IMG/VR virus record: IMGVR_UViG_3300005805_000049
Location: 1 to 64,000 of that record
From: a virus
Length of the DNA: 64,000 nucleotides
Strand: one strand, 5' to 3'
Part shown: one piece after another, positions 11,201-19,856 of the stretch
Position numbering within the stretch: position 1 is the stretch's first letter
How the letters are laid out: each line of letters opens with the position of its first letter
Made by a program: the position numbers and the translations under genes
The notes under the pieces: model-generated
What the model saw: only the letters and a program-made list of their open reading frames with translations
Told to the model about the DNA's origin: nothing
Databases searched by the model: none

Positions 11201-14200
11201 AGCGGGTTGAATACTATACAGTGTTAAATGCTCTTGAACAACAAGCAAGAGATCTAACAATTCCAGATGCTAATGGACTGGATCGTTTTAAAAATGGAAT
11301 ATTTGCAGATCCTTTCAATAGTCATAACATTGGTAATGTCTCTGATATCGAATACAAAATTTCAATTGACAAGGACGAAACAGTAGCAAGACCATACATT
11401 CAACGTCATGATGTGGATTTTGCGTTCAATAGTGCAAACTCTTCTAATGTTCAAGTAACAGGTCCAATCGTCACGTTGCCATATACAGATGAACTGTATA
11501 TTACACAACGATTTGCAACAAAAACCAGAATTGCTTCAGAATCTTTTTGGCAATGGAATGGTTTAGTTGACTTATACCCTTCATATGATTTCTTCAGGGA
11601 TGAAGATCAAGATCCCGATGTAAACATCACGTTGGACCTTGCTTCACCTTGGCAAAATTTTGAGAACTCGCCATTTGGATCGTTATATGGTGATTGGAGA
11701 GAAGTTTCTCGTACTGTTACACCAGTTACAACAACATCAACAACAACATCGCCAACTAGCATAACTACGACAACTACAACAACCACAACGTCTACTAGTA
11801 ACCAGGCAAGGACTGTAACTGGAATCAACGTAGATACTTTTTCAGAAAACTATGAGATTGGCAACTACATTACTGATGTGTCGGTCAATCCATACATGAG
11901 AAGCAGATTGGTGGCATTTGTTGCTCGTACTATGAAGCCAAACACCACGTTGCATGCATTCTTTGATGACGTTAACGTTGATGCTCATTGTGCTCCTGGA
12001 GTCTTATCGGGAGTGACTTCAGTTGCTGAAGGTCAGGAAAATCGAATTGTTAATCAAAATGGTAGTTTTGGAGCCCCTCTAGTATCCGATTCTACAGGAT
12101 TTGTTTGCGGATTGTTTAGAATCCCAGAACGGACATTTAGAACAGGAGATAGGATATTCCAGCTGGTCAATGTTGATGATTTAGAAGTTGGAAAGTCGTC
12201 TATTATAACCTCTTCAAAAGCAAGATACACAGCAGATAACCTTGCAGTAACAACGCAAACGACTACATTAACTGCCATACAACCAAATATTGGTATTCAA
12301 CAGAATACGGAAACTCGTACACAAGTTAACACGTCCACGAGTGTACAAACAGTCACCTTGCCTGTATATACTCCAGTTGAAGAATCTGGCGGTGGCGACG
12401 GCGGTGGCGGTGGCGATCCAGTAGCACAATCATTTTCGATTGAATCACTTCCTGCTGCAATTTCAAGTGTGTTTATATCAAAAGTGGGAGTATTTTTCCA
12501 GCAGAAAGATCCTTCATTAGGTTGCACTTTATATATTTGTGAAATGGTTAATGGGTTCCCAGACGCTAACAAGATCGTTGCTAAAGCGTATCTGCCTTCA
12601 TCCGCTATAAGTGTCAGCGATGATTCAACGGCAGAAACGATATTCACATTAGAACATCCAGTATGCTTACTATCAAATTATGATTATACATTTGTAATTC
12701 AGCCAGATGCCAACTCCCCTGAATATGTCGTTTGGACTGCAGAAACTGGTAGCTTCGATGTTGTCACTAATGAGCAAGTGTTCGTCAATCCTTATATTGG
12801 AATGATGTTCCTGTCTGCCAACTCTAAAACGTGGACTCAATATCAAAAGGAAGACTTGAAATTTAAGCTTTATCGCTGCAAATTTACATCTCGAAGTGGG
12901 CGCGCAGTATTTAAAAATGAAACAGATGAATACATAACTGCTGAAGGATTCACTCGTGCAAGCTCGACAAACGGCATTCGTGTCGGTGACGTGGTGTTTA
13001 CAGTTAATGGGTCTATAAGTGTGTTTACAAATGAAAACGTTGTAGCAAACACATTGAAGAGTTCAGTGTATGGAAGAATACAATACGTAAACGAAGCGAG
13101 CGGCGAACTGTGGTTGGATTCTTCTACTGCAACTTCTGGGTCATTCTTCTCTAATACAACGAATCCAGTGATTGCTGTATACAGAACACCAGATGCTTCA
13201 AATGTTCAGACTATAAATGCTACCTCATTGGTTGCATATTCTAACGTGAGTAGCGTTGATAATCTAAAATATCATGCTGTAGTGCCAAAATTTGGAGTAA
13301 TTGAACCTTCCAAAACCTCGTTAATATACCAATTTAAAGGAACTTCTTCTGCAAATGTTGCAGATACAAGATTCCAAAACGTCGTTAATGGACGGGAATA
13401 TGAGTTCAAAGATTATCAAAGACATGCAATGTCTAGATCCAATGAAATTTTAAGCCTCAATCAAAACAAATCATCAGAATTTGCAATAACATTGCAGTCT
13501 CAGTCTGAGTACGTTTCACCAGTAGTTAGCTTAAAAAAGAAGTCCATGCTATTCATTGAGAACTTAATAAACAATGATGCAACTAACGAGCATACTAGAT
13601 ATGGAAACGCATTAACAAAATACGTATCTAAAAGAATTGTTCTAGCTGATGGTCAAGAAGCAGAAGATCTTAAAGTACTAATAACTGCTTACAGGCCAGC
13701 TTCCACAAATATCAAGGTATATGCAAAGTTTTTGAATAACCAAGATCCAGAACAGTTTGATGATAAAGTTTGGACTGAGTTGCAGTATGATAACGGAGGA
13801 GAGTTAGTATACTCATCTCCATCTTCAACGGATAATTACATTGAATATGAATTCTCAGTCCCTTCAACAAACTCAGTTGCATTTGCAGCATTTGCTAACA
13901 ATTCGACAAATCCATACAATCCATTGTCTGGAGGAATTACGATTGAAAGTGGATCAACAGTTATAAATGCAAAACAGCATTCTTTTAATGCAAATACTTC
14001 AGTCAATAATACAAATGATACAATAGTAATTACTGACGCAAACACTTATTTCAGTGTTGGAGATCCAGTGATATATAATGTATCTAGTGGAAACACTGCT
14101 ATCAGTGGATTGGTCGCTGGTAATAAGTATTATGTGTCGTTTGCAAACACTACCCAGATTGCTTTATCTGAAAGCAGAACAGGAGCAAATGTTAATATAG

Positions 14201-14562
14201 CAGCCAGCACAACATCTGAAACTGGACATTTCTTCACTGGTACGTTCTTCAACGAATTCTTCGATGTAGGTGATAGAATTAGAATCGATACTAGTGCAGA
14301 ATCATTTGCAATTCGCACGATTACTAACATCTCTAACAATACGAGCATGGTAGTTGATAATGGCCTCGAAGCAACAAATACTGGAGCTCTATTCTACGTA
14401 TTTTCTACAGGTAGTGGTGAAGGGATTGTAGAATATACAAACACTTCGGATTCAAGGTTCGTTGGATTCAAAGAAGTTGCGTTGAAGATCGTACTGCTTT
14501 CTTCTAATCCAGTTAGAGTTCCAAAATTGAATGATGTTAGAGCAATTTGCTTACAAGTGTAA
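8224..14562 (+). CDS. Large VrlC-like (DUF4815-type) virion structural protein, 2112 aa
   Basis: N-term PYFDDF...LFRPSVAVQARELTQLQ, APGAHRLK, RTYEESGNY, RYTMKDIG.LE.RI..VEYYT, DPVAQSF, C-term P.LNDVRAICL; usual position after gp8. Confidence 0.85.
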   Translation: MATEKDFNVPPYFDDFDANNRYHRILFRPSVAVQARELTQLQTTLQDQIETFGNHMFKDGTIVDGVSIAYYPSVSYISLNDFFSNADGSGAEIVPTDLDSSMLVTNSTDSDAAVRASIKLAYNGTSSDYPNTNRLYFDYVTTGTDPDGNDINTFLPGDTLYIYANTQSKFGNLSTDNLLYTIETLPSNSVFTSNGTSYCMSVSEGTIFQKGFFARVTPQVISVNPFSSNVTGYVVGFNTVEEIVDENIDPSLADNALGYPNENAPGAHRLKLIPSLVAKLKTETSTNKNFFAIVEFDGQNPTEQKDSAQYGTILDQFANRTYEESGNYLIRPFQIEALTNSANSQTFYYNTSPGIGYVRGYRIEKLAPTKIEALKASTTEVAQNQLITANYGSYVVCDEFLGVFDTEQLSEVTLYDAPQNAISEYEGTSSSPTGNIVGKANVRAVVFEEGVKGSPTAKYLVYLFNIRMNSGKSFRVDCKSLYLSGSLGKAKADVVLENGVAVLKESTKNITVFSSGLSAVKRLTNNTGIGDTNYTYNQTKSATITTDGIVTVTLDTAAPGASTERLNQTEGSVLTGNLLEEYNVYLSANAYTANLSGTIAISSGSTLVTGGTSLNTQLTSNSIIRIYANTTQTYLRRVVSINSSTQMTLDTPLPASNSSCNFQQYFVAGTPLPLEDVTINSNTSFTANSGLSLDSGIQTVYCSYPVNRNQATSIEKVIRKNRFVKINCSTNVANTVGPWVIGLPDVHKLRHVYVGTTYSEANPDRISWFKLDDGQRDDMYDHARLIIKPQYASKITSSTRILVELDHFTANTESSVGFFSVESYPIDDADSSNTSAIQTFELPKYKDLELRNLIDFRPFKANTADSATSEAAATENPLANLQTFSISTGGQYMILPDNNFTADFEYYLPRYDMVTLDKMGNFGVVSGTPSVNPIKPYVESDQMIIAETYVPPYPSATKREYDQYKSSSFIQINLFKNKRYTMKDIGGLEERIKRVEYYTVLNALEQQARDLTIPDANGLDRFKNGIFADPFNSHNIGNVSDIEYKISIDKDETVARPYIQRHDVDFAFNSANSSNVQVTGPIVTLPYTDELYITQRFATKTRIASESFWQWNGLVDLYPSYDFFRDEDQDPDVNITLDLASPWQNFENSPFGSLYGDWREVSRTVTPVTTTSTTTSPTSITTTTTTTTTSTSNQARTVTGINVDTFSENYEIGNYITDVSVNPYMRSRLVAFVARTMKPNTTLHAFFDDVNVDAHCAPGVLSGVTSVAEGQENRIVNQNGSFGAPLVSDSTGFVCGLFRIPERTFRTGDRIFQLVNVDDLEVGKSSIITSSKARYTADNLAVTTQTTTLTAIQPNIGIQQNTETRTQVNTSTSVQTVTLPVYTPVEESGGGDGGGGGDPVAQSFSIESLPAAISSVFISKVGVFFQQKDPSLGCTLYICEMVNGFPDANKIVAKAYLPSSAISVSDDSTAETIFTLEHPVCLLSNYDYTFVIQPDANSPEYVVWTAETGSFDVVTNEQVFVNPYIGMMFLSANSKTWTQYQKEDLKFKLYRCKFTSRSGRAVFKNETDEYITAEGFTRASSTNGIRVGDVVFTVNGSISVFTNENVVANTLKSSVYGRIQYVNEASGELWLDSSTATSGSFFSNTTNPVIAVYRTPDASNVQTINATSLVAYSNVSSVDNLKYHAVVPKFGVIEPSKTSLIYQFKGTSSANVADTRFQNVVNGREYEFKDYQRHAMSRSNEILSLNQNKSSEFAITLQSQSEYVSPVVSLKKKSMLFIENLINNDATNEHTRYGNALTKYVSKRIVLADGQEAEDLKVLITAYRPASTNIKVYAKFLNNQDPEQFDDKVWTELQYDNGGELVYSSPSSTDNYIEYEFSVPSTNSVAFAAFANNSTNPYNPLSGGITIESGSTVINAKQHSFNANTSVNNTNDTIVITDANTYFSVGDPVIYNVSSGNTAISGLVAGNKYYVSFANTTQIALSESRTGANVNIAASTTSETGHFFTGTFFNEFFDVGDRIRIDTSAESFAIRTITNISNNTSMVVDNGLEATNTGALFYVFSTGSGEGIVEYTNTSDSRFVGFKEVALKIVLLSSNPVRVPKLNDVRAICLQV

Positions 14563-14580
14563 TATAAAGGATTGATTGAT

Positions 14581-15186
14581 ATGAAAACTTTCGTTAATGA
14601 CCCTTATTTGGTGGAGATAGAGGATGCTCTATCTCCACAACTATGCAATAGTTTGATCGAGAAATTCAACCATGTGATTTTTTCTGAAAGACAAAAAGTT
14701 GATCAGTTATCAATATGTTATAGGGACGGGAAGAAGTTGTGTACAGCTTGCAATTGCACAAGACTGAACCTGATGGAGCACCCCATTTTCACAGAAGAAA
14801 TCTTTCAAGTGGCTAACATTTCAAATCAGTTGTTTGCACAATACAAGCAGATTACAGATTCAGTACCGATACAATTCCCCACAAAATATACATTTGAATC
14901 AATAAAAATTAAGAGGTATTTACCAAATACCGATCAACAGTTCAAAATGCATATCGATGCTGATAGTTGGAATATGTCAAAGCGATTTTTAGCTATAATT
15001 TTTTATTTAAACGATGGCTTTGAAGGAGGAGAAACCACCTTCATTAAACATAGAAAAACGATTACCCCTAAACAAGGAAAATGCGTAATATTTCCTCCAT
15101 ACTGGCCTTGGTTACATAAAGCAGAACAAGTTGAAGGCGATTGTTCAAAATACTTTATGGGCACGTACTTAACACATGTGGACTAA
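14581..15186 (+). CDS. 2OG-Fe(II) oxygenase (prolyl 4-hydroxylase-like)
   Basis: HxD (HID), YLND..EGGET.F, IFPP.W...H and terminal K-Y motifs. Confidence 0.85.
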   Translation: MKTFVNDPYLVEIEDALSPQLCNSLIEKFNHVIFSERQKVDQLSICYRDGKKLCTACNCTRLNLMEHPIFTEEIFQVANISNQLFAQYKQITDSVPIQFPTKYTFESIKIKRYLPNTDQQFKMHIDADSWNMSKRFLAIIFYLNDGFEGGETTFIKHRKTITPKQGKCVIFPPYWPWLHKAEQVEGDCSKYFMGTYLTHVD

Positions 15187-15191
15187 TTAAC

Positions 15192-15374
15192 ATGACGAAC
15201 GATAAATTTATTCGAGATAAATTCAATGTAGGGGCTGTTATAAATACAGACAATAGTGCCCTGCAGGCATATAAGCTAAAAAAGAACAAAGAAAAAAGAA
15301 TCGATGCTATTGAGCAAAAGTTAGAAAACATCGAGCAAATGTTCAAAACAATAATGGAAAAGTTAAATAAATGA
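15192..15374 (+). CDS. Small coiled-coil protein typically found after VrlC-like genes
   Basis: RD...GAVINTD...Y then heptad C-terminus; ATG at 15192. Confidence 0.6.
   Translation: MTNDKFIRDKFNVGAVINTDNSALQAYKLKKNKEKRIDAIEQKLENIEQMFKTIMEKLNK
15239..15246 (+). promoter_or_regulatory. T4-type late promoter TATAAATA
   Basis: Exact consensus upstream of the 15371 structural gene. Confidence 0.55.
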
Positions 15375-17158
15375 CAGTAAACGTCTCTACCACTTCAAAC
15401 ACATCAACTTTTCAGTATTGGTTAGATCGAACAAATGAAATGGCTGAAGCCTTTCAATTGAAAGTGGTTACAGTCGAATCAGATCCAACGTCAGGTAATT
15501 TATCGTTGATTGGCTCTATGGAAGCCAATAATATTCATATATCAGAAAATTTATTTGGTGGTAACATTGATTCTACTGCAGTTTTAACGATCGGAACCAA
15601 TGTCTTAATAACTGATACTTTGCTTTCAGTAGGAAATGGGGCTGTAAATTCGACAGTCAACTCTTCAGCGTTTATTTCTGGAAATTCAACAGTCAACTCA
15701 GTTTTATACTCGACTCACTTGCGAATTGAAAACTCGACAATTCAGGCAAACCTAACTCCAAACTCATTGAAACTTGGCAATTCTACTATTAATGCAATTA
15801 CAAATTCAAGCTCAATTACTGTTTCTGATCCAACGGATTCAGTCAGTTTAACTCCTACATTATTGTCTTTTGGCAATTCCACAATTAACGCAACCAGCAA
15901 TTCCACTGCATTTAAAATTGCAAACTCTACTGCAAACGTCACTATTACAAAGACTGCAATTAGTGGCAACGCAAATGCCGAGCTTAATATCATTAATGCA
16001 GCAAGTGTAACAACGACTGATGGAGTTTACCCATCATCAAACTCAACTGGGACTTCTCTTGGTAATAATGAGCATCGGTGGATACTAAATGCAAATACAA
16101 TCAATGCTACTGGATTAGTTTCGGTAGTTGACCTTAACAGCTCTGCAACGGTTAATGCAGCATCTGCAATAAATATTGGCACAAATGTTACAGCAAACAC
16201 AACAGCTGTTAAAGTTGGATCGTCTACAGTAAATTTAGTTGCCAATTCAACTGCAATAAAAATTGCAAACTCCACAGCAAATGTGACAATTACAAAGACT
16301 GCAATTACTGGCAACGCAAACGCTGGATTCAATAATGTTACTGCAGCAGCAAACATTAACGCTGCAGTAGTGGTTTCTACTACTGGATATATCGGTTCAA
16401 ATGCTCTAAGCGCCGATGCGACATTCAAAGTTGAAGGTACTGCAAATGTTACAGGTAACGTATTTTTCAGCGAGAACTTAACAGTTGCTGGCAATTTAGT
16501 ATTTACTTCCGAACTAGCTGCAACTGCAAATATTTCTCCAGTATCCAATGGTGGAGCTAATGGCTATTGGCTTGGAAATACAACTGGGTTATGGAATGCT
16601 TACACAAACACAGTAATCGTTTCAGGTACTGGAGGCGTATATCCAACGTCAAACACTGAAGGCAATAAACTTGGTAATACCACAAATCGTTGGATAATCA
16701 GCGCTAATACGTTAGACTTGTCTACTAGCTTAGTAGTTGGATCGAATATCAATATTACCACTTCTTCATTAACTGTTGGAAATTCTACTGTTAATGCTTC
16801 GATAAACTCTTCTTCTCTTGCATTAAATGGAACTTCAACTGTTCAAGACTTGCAGTTCCAAACAACAACATCTACGACTAGTTCCCAAGTTGTTGATTCG
16901 TTCTTAAAAGCCAATTGGACGTCCGCTGAATACACAGTGACAGTAAAAGACAATTCAAGCAACGTTGCTCAAATATCCAAACTGTTAGTAATTCACGCAG
17001 CAAACACAGCAGACATAAATGAATATGGTGTTGTAACGACTGGAAGTACTTTAGGGGTGTTTACAGCAGCAACCAATACTACTCATGTGGTCGTATCAGT
17101 TACACCAACCGTCACAAGTACAACAATTAAAGGATCTAAGAAGTTATATAGTGTTTAA
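15371..17158 (+). CDS. Tail fibre/virion structural protein, N/S/T-rich
   Basis: N-term TFQYWLDRTN anchor, GNSTVN-type beta repeats, C-term DSF.....SAEY...EYG domain. Confidence 0.7.
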   Translation: MTVNVSTTSNTSTFQYWLDRTNEMAEAFQLKVVTVESDPTSGNLSLIGSMEANNIHISENLFGGNIDSTAVLTIGTNVLITDTLLSVGNGAVNSTVNSSAFISGNSTVNSVLYSTHLRIENSTIQANLTPNSLKLGNSTINAITNSSSITVSDPTDSVSLTPTLLSFGNSTINATSNSTAFKIANSTANVTITKTAISGNANAELNIINAASVTTTDGVYPSSNSTGTSLGNNEHRWILNANTINATGLVSVVDLNSSATVNAASAINIGTNVTANTTAVKVGSSTVNLVANSTAIKIANSTANVTITKTAITGNANAGFNNVTAAANINAAVVVSTTGYIGSNALSADATFKVEGTANVTGNVFFSENLTVAGNLVFTSELAATANISPVSNGGANGYWLGNTTGLWNAYTNTVIVSGTGGVYPTSNTEGNKLGNTTNRWIISANTLDLSTSLVVGSNINITTSSLTVGNSTVNASINSSSLALNGTSTVQDLQFQTTTSTTSSQVVDSFLKANWTSAEYTVTVKDNSSNVAQISKLLVIHAANTADINEYGVVTTGSTLGVFTAATNTTHVVVSVTPTVTSTTIKGSKKLYSV

Positions 17159-17170
17159 ATCAACATGGTT

Positions 17171-17198
17171 ATTATACTCAGTTAGAAAAATAGGTCAA
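17171..17198 (-). promoter_or_regulatory. Antisense sigma70-like promoter TTGACC-N16-TATAAT
   Basis: Reverse complement reads TTGACCTATTTTTCTAACTGAGTATAAT; intergenic; no credible minus-strand gene follows. Confidence 0.6.
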
Positions 17199-17205
17199 CA
17201 GAAAA

Positions 17206-17538
17206 ATGGCGTTTAAAGTAAATCTAGTTATCGATCAAGGAACGACGTACAATCTGTACGTTGAATTGAATGATGATAACGGCAATCCATTGTCTGGCGA
17301 TGATTACACAGCAGCTGCAAAGTTACGAAAACACTACGGATCAGCAAATTCAACATCTTTTACTGCAGCGCTATCAAATAATGGAACTGGAGTATTAACT
17401 TTATCATTGACTGCTGCCCAGACTGCAAATCTTCAGGCTGGTAAGTATGTTTATGACGTTGAATTGGCTGACTCTTCAAATAATATAACCAGAGTGTTTG
17501 AAGGAAACGCTCTAGTCACTCCAGAGACAACGAAATGA
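17206..17538 (+). CDS. Small virion structural protein (Ig-like fibre adaptor)
   Basis: NLVIDQGTT...RKHY...LSLTAAQT..L..GKYVYDVE...TRVFEG...VTP, recurrent in T4-like fibre regions. Confidence 0.7.
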   Translation: MAFKVNLVIDQGTTYNLYVELNDDNGNPLSGDDYTAAAKLRKHYGSANSTSFTAALSNNGTGVLTLSLTAAQTANLQAGKYVYDVELADSSNNITRVFEGNALVTPETTK

Positions 17539-17792
17539 TAAAAGTTACAGTACGTACTCCGGAAACAAACTTCAAAGTTCAAACGTCGACTGCTCCAATA
17601 CAAATTGGAAATCGGATTCAAAGCGCAATTACTCCAGGGAGATTGGATACGTTATCCGACGTTGTTGAAAACAACCCAGCAAACAATTCCACTCTAGTGT
17701 ATAATGCAGATACAGATAAATATGTGGTAAAACGGCTTGATCTTGATGATGTTATTGACACGCTAGGTGAGTTAGACGGTGGAAATTTTTAA
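17535..17792 (+). CDS. Small virion protein ending LDGGNF
   Basis: L..LSDV repeat unit, TLVYN, C-term DGGxF. Confidence 0.6.
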   Translation: MIKVTVRTPETNFKVQTSTAPIQIGNRIQSAITPGRLDTLSDVVENNPANNSTLVYNADTDKYVVKRLDLDDVIDTLGELDGGNF

Positions 17793-17806
17793 TTTAGAGG
17801 AAATCA

Positions 17807-19291
17807 ATGTCAACTAGCATCAAGATCAAAAGAAGCCAAAGCACCGCAATTCCTGCATCATTGGATGGCGGTGAATTAGCGTTTACCTCAAATGGTGACA
17901 TCTTATATATTGGATCTCCAACAGGTAATACAGTTACCGCAATAGCTGGCAAGAGGTATCCCGGCGTACTAACTGCTAATCAAGCATTGGTTGCAAACTC
18001 GACTAGTTACTTGGACGTGATAAAAACTGCCAATTTGTATATTGGCACCTCTACTGTCAATGCAATAAATGCTATTTCTAATACAACTCATCTCGGATCA
18101 GCTTCAAATAATGAACTTGCTACGTCCTGGGCAATTAAAACCTATGTGGATTTATCTGTAAACAACACTGTATTCTCAGGCAGTACAAATACACAGGTGT
18201 TGTTTAATAATTCAGGTGTAGTTTCTGGTGATGCTGGTCTGACATATAATGCGGCAACAGACACGTTGACAGCGGGATTTTTTTCCGGTAATGGTGCAAG
18301 TGTTACTTCTGTCGATGCTGCTACGGTTGGAGGAAATACAGCTCTAACTTTAAGAAACTACTCAGATACAATGGCAGCGGCGGCGTATACAAACGCCACA
18401 TCATATGCGGATACTAAAGCCGCTACAGCTTATTCAAATGCCGTGGCTTATGCGGCTGCAAACTCTTACGTTAACACGACGTTTGCTCCAAAAGCATCAC
18501 CTACGTTTACTGGTCTAATTACAGCTCCAGACATTACTATCAATGGTAACACTATTATTGGTTCTGACGGCGCTGACTCAGTGACGATTACAGCATTGGT
18601 ATCGAGCAACGTGATGCCAATTGCGAATAATACCTATCATGTTGGCAACAACTCACTTAGATGGGCCCAAGTTCATGCGGCTAACGTCCATTCAGTTTCT
18701 GGTAACTTTGATGGTGACGTTCAGATTGCTGGTAATCTAACTGTTTCTGGTAACGTAACAACAACTGACGTTCAGTCAGTCGTTGTGTCCGATCCAATGA
18801 TCTATCTGGCAGGTAATAACTACACTTCTGATTTGGTTGATATCGGATTTGCTGCAAATTACAATGATGGAACTGACCGACACGCTGGTTTTTTTCGTGA
18901 TGCTTCAGATGGCGGTAAGTGGAAACTGTTTTATAATTTAACGCAAGAACTGTCTGGTAACAATGTTGTCGACGTTGCAGATCTAACATATCGAACTGCT
19001 ACTTTGCAGACTTATTTAGATTCTAGCGGACTGTTTACCAATGCTACCTCAGTTTCTATTACAGCAAACTCAACCGTTTCGGTTGCAATTACTGCAAATA
19101 CACTGGCATTAGCAACAGCTCTCGCGGGAACATCTGGTGGCACTGGTAGAGCAACAACGACTGATCAGTCTTTACTCGTTGGCAACACATCAAATGGTTA
19201 TGATGTACTAACTTTGGGTACGTCTGGTCAAGTTCTTCAGTCAAATGGTACAGCATTGCTATTCGATATGATGGACGGAGGAGCATTTTAA
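17807..19291 (+). CDS. Tail fibre protein
   Basis: N-term IKIKRS....P..L..GELA fibre anchor; HAGFFRDASDG; C-term GQVLQSNG...DGGAF. Confidence 0.75.
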   Translation: MSTSIKIKRSQSTAIPASLDGGELAFTSNGDILYIGSPTGNTVTAIAGKRYPGVLTANQALVANSTSYLDVIKTANLYIGTSTVNAINAISNTTHLGSASNNELATSWAIKTYVDLSVNNTVFSGSTNTQVLFNNSGVVSGDAGLTYNAATDTLTAGFFSGNGASVTSVDAATVGGNTALTLRNYSDTMAAAAYTNATSYADTKAATAYSNAVAYAAANSYVNTTFAPKASPTFTGLITAPDITINGNTIIGSDGADSVTITALVSSNVMPIANNTYHVGNNSLRWAQVHAANVHSVSGNFDGDVQIAGNLTVSGNVTTTDVQSVVVSDPMIYLAGNNYTSDLVDIGFAANYNDGTDRHAGFFRDASDGGKWKLFYNLTQELSGNNVVDVADLTYRTATLQTYLDSSGLFTNATSVSITANSTVSVAITANTLALATALAGTSGGTGRATTTDQSLLVGNTSNGYDVLTLGTSGQVLQSNGTALLFDMMDGGAF

Positions 19292-19322
19292 ATCATATAA
19301 TTAATATGGAAGGAGTAATTGA

Positions 19323-19820
19323 ATGTCTGAAGAAAATAGTGAAAAAGAGAAATTTGCTTTTGCTTATATCCAAAACCAAGAGAAATATATCACGGATTTG
19401 TTGCGGGAAAAATTCAATCTACAAATCCAATTCAACGGATTGGCTGAGTCTCATGAAAATTATAAAAGGATGTTCGAGCAATCGCAGAATGAAGTAGCTA
19501 AACAAAATAGCATTATTAAGCAAGCTACTACATCGATTGAAAAGTTGACAATTGATTTGAAATCTAGTGAAAATGTTAGTACGGATCGAATGGAACTAAT
19601 CAATGAACTGAATCAAAAAATTGTTGATTATGAAAATTTGAAAAATGTTCACAGGTCAGCTCAAAAAGAGATTGAAAGGTTGAATACTGAATTAAACTTA
19701 TATGTTGAAGAAAATAATCTTTTAGTTAAACAATTGGAACAATTTGTACCAGTTGCAGAGCCAAAAGCAGAAGTAAAGAAAAGTAAAAAAAAGGTAACTC
19801 AAGACGAAGATACTTTCTAA
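19323..19820 (+). CDS. Coiled-coil hypothetical protein
   Basis: Heptad-rich 165 aa with GAAGGAG RBS. Confidence 0.6.
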   Translation: MSEENSEKEKFAFAYIQNQEKYITDLLREKFNLQIQFNGLAESHENYKRMFEQSQNEVAKQNSIIKQATTSIEKLTIDLKSSENVSTDRMELINELNQKIVDYENLKNVHRSAQKEIERLNTELNLYVEENNLLVKQLEQFVPVAEPKAEVKKSKKKVTQDEDTF

Positions 19821-19856
19821 TGCCGATATATATCGGCTATAAGGAGATAATGCCAT

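Noticed and set aside
8847-14348. Many minus-strand ORFs of 60-140 aa opposite the VrlC-like gene (and opposite other genes)
   Set aside because: Shadow frames of a well-supported + strand gene, with no recognisable motifs.
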